IMG/VR virus record: IMGVR_UViG_3300029839_000128
Length of the DNA: 13,471 nucleotides
Source: a virus
Lineage: Duplodnaviria; Heunggongvirae; Uroviricota; Caudoviricetes
Strand: one strand, 5' to 3'
The notes under the pieces were generated by a model. It was not told where the DNA came from. It did not search any database and saw nothing but the letters and a program-made list of their open reading frames with translations. The translations under genes were made by a program, and so were the position numbers. Positions 7,986 to 13,471 of the stretch are shown here, one piece after another (positions within the stretch are counted from its first letter, which is position 1; each line of letters opens with the position of its first letter).

Positions 7986-8387
7986 TTATTCCAGGTATGG
8001 CAATTCTGAACGGATATCTTCAGGAACATTATTTCGCCAAACATAGGAGTTTTCGAGGATATAGTTGTTATAGCTGGCAGCGGTTTTATTTGCACGCATT
8101 TTTGCCTGTTCTGCCCATCCAACCTTTTCTTCATCATTACTGGACTTGTATTGCTCCCAAGTAAGACGATCTGTTTCGTATGAGGCAATCATAGCACGGC
8201 AGGTATCCTCAACCTTTTTTAAGGTTTCATAGTTGGTGGCATCATCCACCTTCTGGATAGAACCAAACCAGAGGTTCCATGTGGCCTTGCCTACATGGGT
8301 AGCTCCAAAGAAAATCCCGGAACCAATACCTGCGATAAGTACGATGGCGACGATAAGGGCAATCAGCTTCTCCGATTTAGTCATCAC
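7986..8387 (-). CDS. Membrane-anchored hypothetical protein
   Basis: N-terminal hydrophobic helix LIALIVAIVLIAGIGSGIFF; start overlaps the lipoprotein stop. Confidence 0.82.
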   Translation of the reverse strand: MMTKSEKLIALIVAIVLIAGIGSGIFFGATHVGKATWNLWFGSIQKVDDATNYETLKKVEDTCRAMIASYETDRLTWEQYKSSNDEEKVGWAEQAKMRANKTAASYNNYILENSYVWRNNVPEDIRSELPYLE

Positions 8388-8950
8388 TGCACCCCCTGGA
8401 CGAGTACAGTGGGCGAATCCAGTTCAAAAGGAATATCGGAATAAAGATAAGTACCCGTCCACTCTACATACTTGCCATCGGGCGTGAAGAAGAAAATCCC
8501 GTTATCATTTTCTCCATAAGAGCCATCTACATCGGCCAGCTCAGTATTGATAACTCCGCCATTGGAGTAATAGCTTTCTGTGTAATTGGGGCTAAGGTAA
8601 CTATTCAGACTGGACACCTTTCCGTCAACTACGAAACGCCCAACAACACTACCAGACTCAGTGAACAAAACAATGTATCCCAAGGGCTTTTCTACGGCAC
8701 AGACAAGAGTGTTCGCCTTTTCGCGCTGCCCATTGACCCAGTAAGCACGACGGATCAGGTTAAAGCGTTCCAGAGAATAATCGATGTCGGTAGGCGTCTG
8801 CTGTCCTTCAGTCAGCTTGTCGGTAGCCACCTGAGTGTTTTCAATATTTTGCTTAGTGCCAGAACTGGCGTACTCGCCGCAGGCAGTCAAAGTGAAAAGC
8901 ATAGAAAATGCGAGGACGGCAACCAAAATCAAAGAGATGAGCTTTTTCAT
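8384..8950 (-). CDS. Phage lipoprotein
   Basis: ATG at 8950 with AGGAGG RBS; signal peptide MKKLISLILVAVLAFSMLFT followed by lipobox LTA-C. Confidence 0.85.
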   Translation of the reverse strand: MKKLISLILVAVLAFSMLFTLTACGEYASSGTKQNIENTQVATDKLTEGQQTPTDIDYSLERFNLIRRAYWVNGQREKANTLVCAVEKPLGYIVLFTESGSVVGRFVVDGKVSSLNSYLSPNYTESYYSNGGVINTELADVDGSYGENDNGIFFFTPDGKYVEWTGTYLYSDIPFELDSPTVLVQGVQ

Positions 8951-8991
8951 GTTGAGGTTCCTCCTAAACTTGTTTATTGAATATGCGATAA

Positions 8992-9264
8992 TTAAGTTTC
9001 CCCCACAATAATATAGAGTTTTTTCTTGCCCCATTTCACCCAGAAGCAGTCAGGTTTATCCAGTGTTACTACGAGATCGGAGCGATTGCGGCGAACTTCG
9101 CTAATTGAGGGAACTACGCCGGCGTCTCTTAGAATTGCGGGAAGAAAACGCTGGTTGGTAAATAAGGTTTGCTTTTGCTCAATGCACTCCCAGTCTTTCT
9201 TGTCATACGCCAAAAGGGATGCAGGATCGACAAGGGGTGTGCCGATTACAATATTCAGATACAT
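8992..9264 (-). CDS. Small protein resembling the S4-like C-terminal domain of tyrosyl-tRNA synthetase
   Basis: L..AGVVPSISEVRR ... VKWGKKK pattern; ATG at 9264 with AAGGA upstream. Confidence 0.65.
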   Translation of the reverse strand: MYLNIVIGTPLVDPASLLAYDKKDWECIEQKQTLFTNQRFLPAILRDAGVVPSISEVRRNRSDLVVTLDKPDCFWVKWGKKKLYIIVGET

Positions 9265-9301
9265 AGTAGGTAGTCCTTTTATTACAACCGGGTTATTCTT
9301 A

Positions 9302-9323
9302 CCCGCCCACTCTCGTGGGCGGG
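9302..9323 (-). other. GC-rich hairpin with GAGA tetraloop; probable DGR target-recognition hairpin/cruciform
   Basis: Minus strand CCCGCCCAC-GAGA-GTGGGCGGG, perfect 9 bp stem, 22 nt after the stop of the VR-bearing gene. The loop fits the GRNA consensus of DGR hairpins. Confidence 0.72.
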
Positions 9324-9345
9324 ATTTTTTTGGGGGAGTTGAAGG

Positions 9346-10182
9346 TTAGGTATTAAAGCCGGGCAGCAACGCCAACGAACAGGACGCAAAGTGATAGTAG
9401 GCCGAGCCATCTGTGTACACACTACAGAAATAGTCGTTATAGTTGTAATAGGCGGAGCGGAGCCACTGCGCTACGCGATCTCCATCTTCATCTTCTGCGT
9501 AATAAGGAACGTCTTCCTGCTGATAATATTCGTACCAGTGACCTTCCTTACCGTAAGAATAGATCTTTCTGCCAAACAACTCCTGCTCAGATTTCAGCCA
9601 GAAACGACAGACAACCTTATGAAGTTTACCGGTACGGTCAGCACAGAGTTTATAGACCGGCTTGGCAACAGCCGCCAGTTCATCGGAAACAAAGTTGCTG
9701 AAATCGTTCTCTAAGAACTTAAACATATCGCTTTCGCCGTAGGTAACAGAGGTGCCGTCGGCCTGCATGGGGCGACTATCCTTATAGGCCGCAAGCATCT
9801 CCCAGGAGATAGGGGACTTGCCGCCAGACACCAAATCATCGTGGTTGAAGCCGATAATACGATATACGGCAACAAATCCATTTTTCATATAATCTTTCTT
9901 TGTAGCGCCCAAAGCAAACTTCTTTCGGGCATTGCCAGATCTTCCAATCTCATCAATTTGCTGCCAAGAAAGATGATCAAGATTGGTCATAGGCTTAACC
10001 AAAATGCGATCGGGGTGATCAAGCGCCATCAGCAAGGCTGCAGAGCTTCCTTTGACATTAGGGGGAGAAGTCTTGAAGGTGCCGTTGTCCTTAATGGTAA
10101 AAGTACAGCCGGGGAAGTTGTCAATAGCGAATACGTCGCCAACATTGACATTCAAAAGACTACAGATACGAGGGTTAAGCAT
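9346..10182 (-). CDS. Putative DGR target protein: N-terminal 'PRIC' domain plus DUF6273/C-type-lectin-like C-terminal domain
   Basis: SWQQI..YRIIGFNHDDL..SEQELFG..EG.WYEYY..WLRS...F..V..DG....A..S....PGF; AAGGAGG RBS. Confidence 0.85.
   Translation of the reverse strand: MLNPRICSLLNVNVGDVFAIDNFPGCTFTIKDNGTFKTSPPNVKGSSAALLMALDHPDRILVKPMTNLDHLSWQQIDEIGRSGNARKKFALGATKKDYMKNGFVAVYRIIGFNHDDLVSGGKSPISWEMLAAYKDSRPMQADGTSVTYGESDMFKFLENDFSNFVSDELAAVAKPVYKLCADRTGKLHKVVCRFWLKSEQELFGRKIYSYGKEGHWYEYYQQEDVPYYAEDEDGDRVAQWLRSAYYNYNDYFCSVYTDGSAYYHFASCSLALLPGFNT
9349..9465 (-). repeat. Putative DGR variable region (VR) with GC-rich 3' end/IMH
   Basis: TGG CTC CGC TCC GCC [TAT TAC AAC TAT AAC GAC TAT] TTC TGT [AGT] GTG [TAC] ACA GAT GGC TCG GCC [TAC TAT CAC TTT] GCG [TCC TGT] TCG TTG GCG TTG CTG CCC GGC TTT. 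All 15 bracketed codons are NNY. No cognate TR in the window. Confidence 0.75.
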
Positions 10183-10218
10183 TATTTTACCTCCTTAAAA
10201 ATAGCTGTATGTAGGTGT

Positions 10219-10464
10219 TTAAGTTTCTTTTGGAGTAAATCCGTTGCAGTTTCGCAGCCAAACAGGATCAAAATTTACCGGCCAAAAGAACCATCCCATC
10301 TCGATTCCATACGGATCTGCTTTGATATTAAGCTTCTTAGCATTCTGTGCATTTTTCTGGGAAAAGAAATCGAACGGATTAGTTTCATTTCCAGGATAAC
10401 GACAGCAGCTATGGGCGTCTCCCGGAACGGAACCTCTATACTTGCACTTATAACATTCGCTCAA
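10219..10464 (-). CDS. Small Cys-containing hypothetical phage protein
   Basis: TTG start after GAGGTG; CYKC..PGDAHSCC..GWFFWPVNFDP.WL..C.GF. Confidence 0.78.
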   Translation of the reverse strand: MSECYKCKYRGSVPGDAHSCCRYPGNETNPFDFFSQKNAQNAKKLNIKADPYGIEMGWFFWPVNFDPVWLRNCNGFTPKET

Positions 10465-10479
10465 ACCGTTTCACCTCAA

Positions 10480-11064
10480 TTACAGATTAGATTCATATTT
10501 TGCTAACCACTGTTTGCAAAGAGGTTTTATAAAATCCTCAAAAACCTGGGCGATCTTCTTTGCATTAGCAGTAAAATCCATTTCAATACAAGAAATCACA
10601 TCGTACCCATCGCAAATTTCCATAGGAGTATCTTTGAAAGCCCTAAGTAACGCCTCATATGATTCACTTTCACTTGCGCGATCACAGGCGTCTTGTACAC
10701 GTTCCATATCCAATTCAGGATGGTCTTCCAAATCCTCTGGATTATCTGTGTCAATTCCATAACTGCTGATAAGCGCCTTTACATTCGCAAGAGTCTCATC
10801 ATAATTAACCTGGCAGCGTGCCGCGATTTTATCCAACAGATAGCCCTGGTCAACTCTTGACATCAAGTGCATAAAACTCTCGGAATTGGGCGTTGCTACC
10901 CAACTATAAGCGTAGTTACCACAGTCGGACATGATAGTTAGATCGTAGCGCTCCAAATCAAAGTTAAAGTTCGCCCAAAGACAAGAACCATAATCGGGAT
11001 CGCCTTGTTCCTGCCGATACTCAATAGTGATGATGTTTGGTTGCTTAAATCTTGTTTTCGCCAT
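10480..11064 (-). CDS. Hypothetical phage protein
   Basis: 194 aa ORF with GAGGAGG RBS, in operon order. Confidence 0.82.
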   Translation of the reverse strand: MAKTRFKQPNIITIEYRQEQGDPDYGSCLWANFNFDLERYDLTIMSDCGNYAYSWVATPNSESFMHLMSRVDQGYLLDKIAARCQVNYDETLANVKALISSYGIDTDNPEDLEDHPELDMERVQDACDRASESESYEALLRAFKDTPMEICDGYDVISCIEMDFTANAKKIAQVFEDFIKPLCKQWLAKYESNL

Positions 11065-11395
11065 AAGGAGCCTCCTCGCTATAAAAATCTTTTGCGCGGA
11101 CGCATTCAGCGATTACTTCCATGTCGCCGCAGATCATCATCTGTAAAACGATGATATTATTTTCGGGGTCGTCAACCAGTCGCTCGCTGTCATAGGAATA
11201 AGGGCTGCTATATAGAGGTTTTTCGTATACCCTCTTTTTAGCAGTGTGACCGTCTGTATGAAGAAGTTGCGCGGCTCGATTACTCTTCAAACTAAATTGC
11301 TCGAACCAGCTTTTGGGGTGATTTTTCAAAATACTACCGGTAACGGCGTTGATCTTAATGCTTTGAGTGCTATGAACATTGGTATAGTCAAACAT
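11045..11395 (-). CDS. Hypothetical protein
   Basis: 116 aa ORF with AAGGAG RBS, in operon order. Confidence 0.78.
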   Translation of the reverse strand: MFDYTNVHSTQSIKINAVTGSILKNHPKSWFEQFSLKSNRAAQLLHTDGHTAKKRVYEKPLYSSPYSYDSERLVDDPENNIIVLQMMICGDMEVIAECVRAKDFYSEEAPYGENKI

Positions 11396-11405
11396 GGCGG
11401 TCTCC

Positions 11406-11606
11406 TTACTCTGAAATTAGGTCAATATAGGTCTTAACCTTCTCTACATTCCAAAAGACACGTTTGCCTACTTGGATGCGGGCTTCTGCCATTTGGCCGA
11501 TCTGTACGGCAGATGAGCGGCCACAACTCAACATGGCCTGCAGCTCTTCGGTCGTAACAGCAATTTTCTTATCGGTAGGGATATTGCTTTTTTTGGTAGC
11601 GATCAT
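11406..11606 (-). CDS. Excisionase-like (MerR/HTH_17-type) small DNA-binding protein
   Basis: TTEELQAMLSCGRSSA...RIQVGKRVFWNVEKVKTYI winged-HTH pattern; 66 aa, basic; GGAGG RBS. Confidence 0.72.
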   Translation of the reverse strand: MIATKKSNIPTDKKIAVTTEELQAMLSCGRSSAVQIGQMAEARIQVGKRVFWNVEKVKTYIDLISE

Positions 11607-12265
11607 TGGGTGTCCTCCATATCCTTTGGGGCTTTCTGAACGGTTATGAAGTCATACTCTCCACTCTTTTGGATGATCATGGCACAAAGTTGATTCCCAA
11701 AGACACAACCTCCATCAATACCAATGTCGCCGGTTCGCGGAAAGCAAGGAACTTCTCTAAATGGGGTATGGCCGAAAATTACGCGCTTTTCGCGGGGTCT
11801 GGCGTCAATTTCAAGCCACGATCTGCCCCAGAGCAAATCCTCTTCGCTGTTGCTGATCAAATCAGGATAGGTAAGGCCGGCATGACAGAAGATAAACTGT
11901 TCCGTTTGATGGTACAAAGGCAGAGACCGAAACCATCCAAAGTCCTCCTGGATTTCTGCTCCATTTCTTTCGTAGTCATAAAGTGTAAACATTCCGCCAT
12001 TGCGCATCCAGACAGTATGAGAATAGTTCATAGGGAGCGATTCGTGATTTCCCCGAAGACAAATCACTTTGTCTTTTCCTACCTGGCTCTGGAGCTTTTG
12101 AAGGGTTTTGACTACCTTATAGCTAAATGGGCCACGATCAATGTAGTCTCCCAAGAAAATCAGGGTGTCGGTAGCGCTGTCATAATTGACCTTGAGCAGT
12201 AGATCTACCATAGTATGGTAGCAGCCATGGATATCCCCAATAGCTATAATGCGTTTACTCTCCAT
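11603..12265 (-). CDS. Calcineurin-like metallophosphoesterase (PPP-family Ser/Thr phosphatase, lambda NinI-like)
   Basis: GDIHG, GDYIDRG, RGNHE, HAG, GHTP and IDGG motifs. Confidence 0.93.
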   Translation of the reverse strand: MESKRIIAIGDIHGCYHTMVDLLLKVNYDSATDTLIFLGDYIDRGPFSYKVVKTLQKLQSQVGKDKVICLRGNHESLPMNYSHTVWMRNGGMFTLYDYERNGAEIQEDFGWFRSLPLYHQTEQFIFCHAGLTYPDLISNSEEDLLWGRSWLEIDARPREKRVIFGHTPFREVPCFPRTGDIGIDGGCVFGNQLCAMIIQKSGEYDFITVQKAPKDMEDTQ

Positions 12266-12266
12266 A

Positions 12267-12542
12267 CTACCAATTCACCTCCGGGATCAAGTGGAAAAAC
12301 TCAGTATGACTACCCACATCAAAAACGGTTACGCCATCTTTATTCCAGATGCGGACATAGTAAATTTTGAAATTGCGCTCGGCGGCAAACGCCCGGATAT
12401 GTAACATAGCCTCAGACCGGATTTCTTTGTCGGTCTTAGCTCTACCATCGCGGTCGTAGTCATAGATTTTGGCAATCTCCCTGGTGCGACCGCCTACAAA
12501 TACAAGGGAGTGATGCGCCGGTTCAAGAGTTTTCTTTGCCAT
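12267..12542 (-). CDS. Hypothetical phage protein
   Basis: 91 aa ORF with AAGGTG RBS; C-terminal DVGSHTEFF. Confidence 0.78.
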   Translation of the reverse strand: MAKKTLEPAHHSLVFVGGRTREIAKIYDYDRDGRAKTDKEIRSEAMLHIRAFAAERNFKIYYVRIWNKDGVTVFDVGSHTEFFHLIPEVNW

Positions 12543-12572
12543 GTTATCACCTTGAATAATTTAATGTGTTGC

Positions 12573-13002
12573 TTATCGAAAAATGACAACCATGCTGGGG
12601 AAGGGGGCAGAATTTTTACCGTCTCCAAATTTCAATCGGCCTCGAATGAAACGAACCTCCACATTGGGTTTTTGGTAAATATAATCGTGAAAGTAGGTAG
12701 TGTCGGTACGAGCGGGGATTAGCAAGACAACAGTTGTGTCAGGCTGCGCAGCTTCTTCGGAGCACTTCTTCACCCAGTCTTTGATTGTTCTGCCATACGG
12801 CGGGTTGCAAAAGACCGTCTGCCCCCCCCCACGACTGCTCAAGTCCATTATCTTCCTTAGTGAAATAGCGCTCACACTTATGGTTGACATGATCAGCGCA
12901 AGGGTCAAGGGTGAAGTGAAACTCCGAATCCAGCTGGTCAAAGAATGCCTGGGGTGTTGCCCAATCCATAGCTTTTGACGAGAACATGACTTCGGTATTC
13001 AT
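12573..13002 (-). pseudogene. Phage N6-adenine DNA methyltransferase (Dam/PF05869-like), frameshifted at a G9 tract; possibly phase variable
   Basis: 5' frame MNTEVMFSS..WATPQ..F.LDPCA..DNGLEQSW (ATG at 13002 after GAGGTG). 3' frame QTVFCNPPYG..LIPARTDT..RGRLKFG..APFPS. The frames switch at C9, 12822-12830. Confidence 0.88.
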
Positions 13003-13029
13003 CTGTTTCACCTCATAGTTTTATTTCGA

Positions 13030-13471
13030 TCAGGCTTCAGGAATAGCCTTATCAGCACGGGTAATTAAAGCGTTGCCACAGGTAATACGGTCAGAGTCTT
13101 CCTCTTTGCTGGGAACGAAAACAATGACATCCCATCCCAAAGCCAGAAGAGGCTGCTCAAATTTAGTATAGACACTATAATTATCGTAGGTAGTGGTAAT
13201 GTCGTAATGGTTTTCGACAGCAGCATTGGTCTGGTGGATCGGCGTAATCTTGACGATAAACTTTTCTTTGTCGAAAAGGCTGTCTAAAACAGTGGCATCC
13301 AGGATTGTCTCTTCGGTTACGGCGAAATTCAGTGTATACTTTCTGCCAGCCGGCATAGGAAGCCCTTCGGCAATGGCAGCAATCTCTCTCAGACTCAGAG
13401 ATTTACTGTTAAATTGCATGGCTCGCTGCTCATCTGAGGTACTGTTGATGCTGAGTTGCAGCCCAGCTTCA
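13030..13471 (-). CDS. 3' part of an RlmN/Cfr-like radical SAM protein (starts beyond the window)
   Basis: Frame is open to the window edge: EAGLQLSINSTSDEQR..., YTLNF, VKITPIH and ITCGNA, resembling RlmN LxxSLH..R, NLIP and AACGQL. The CxxxCxxC motif is not in the window. Confidence 0.62.
   Translation of the reverse strand, partial: EAGLQLSINSTSDEQRAMQFNSKSLSLREIAAIAEGLPMPAGRKYTLNFAVTEETILDATVLDSLFDKEKFIVKITPIHQTNAAVENHYDITTTYDNYSVYTKFEQPLLALGWDVIVFVPSKEEDSDRITCGNALITRADKAIPEA

Larger units (their letters stand above)
1..13471. mobile_element. Temperate phage/prophage integration and early/middle gene region
   Basis: Integrase, Xre HTH, Xis-like gene, HNHs, phage-type Dam, phosphatase and many short co-oriented overlapping ORFs. 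No host housekeeping or virion structural genes. Confidence 0.85.

Noticed and set aside
9302..9331. Hairpin as the terminator of the minus-strand gene 9346-10182
   Set aside because: The T7 tract lies on the plus strand, so it could only terminate antisense transcripts. On the coding strand no U-tract follows and the operon continues. A dual role as an antisense terminator is not excluded.
9841..10506. 221 aa plus-strand ORF
   Set aside because: Antisense to well-supported genes; no recognisable motif.
11606..12202. 198 aa plus-strand ORF
   Set aside because: Shadow frame of the metallophosphoesterase.
12573..12941. Two separate genes 12573-12941 and 12739-13011
   Set aside because: They are the two halves of one methyltransferase; the non-matching portions are out-of-frame read-through.
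1..13471. DGR template repeat or reverse transcriptase within the window
   Set aside because: No second copy of the 9349-9465 scaffold, no AAC-rich non-coding tract and no YxDD RT ORF was seen on either strand.
1..13471. CRISPR array, tRNA or rRNA genes
   Set aside because: No regularly spaced repeats or cloverleaf-like segments were noticed; intergenic gaps are short and explained by promoters and terminators.

Overview
This window is part of a temperate phage/prophage (or phage-like integrative element) from a Bacillota/Clostridia-type host, judged from its AGGAGG RBSs, sigma-A promoters and Tn916-type integrase. Left end: a tyrosine integrase, a downstream triple Cys-repeat protein and a divergent small Xre-type HTH regulator. 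From 2.9 to 13.5 kb: a tightly packed minus-strand early/middle operon with DUF3307- and DUF1848-like genes, two HNH endonucleases, a lipoprotein pair, an S4-like protein, an excisionase-like HTH, a metallophosphoesterase, a phage Dam-type methyltransferase split at a G9 run, and the 3' end of an RlmN-like radical SAM gene. The main observation is gene 9346-10182, which looks like a remote diversity-generating retroelement (DGR) target. It has a DUF6273/C-type-lectin-like C-terminus whose variable codons all end in C/T, followed by a GAGA-loop hairpin; no TR or RT lies in the window. Its N-terminal 'PRIC' domain recurs in two other proteins of the same operon. Also found: an unannotated antisense promoter-RBS-41 aa zinc-finger-terminator cassette, and a possibly phase-variable methyltransferase. 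Family assignments come from motif recognition by eye, not database searches.
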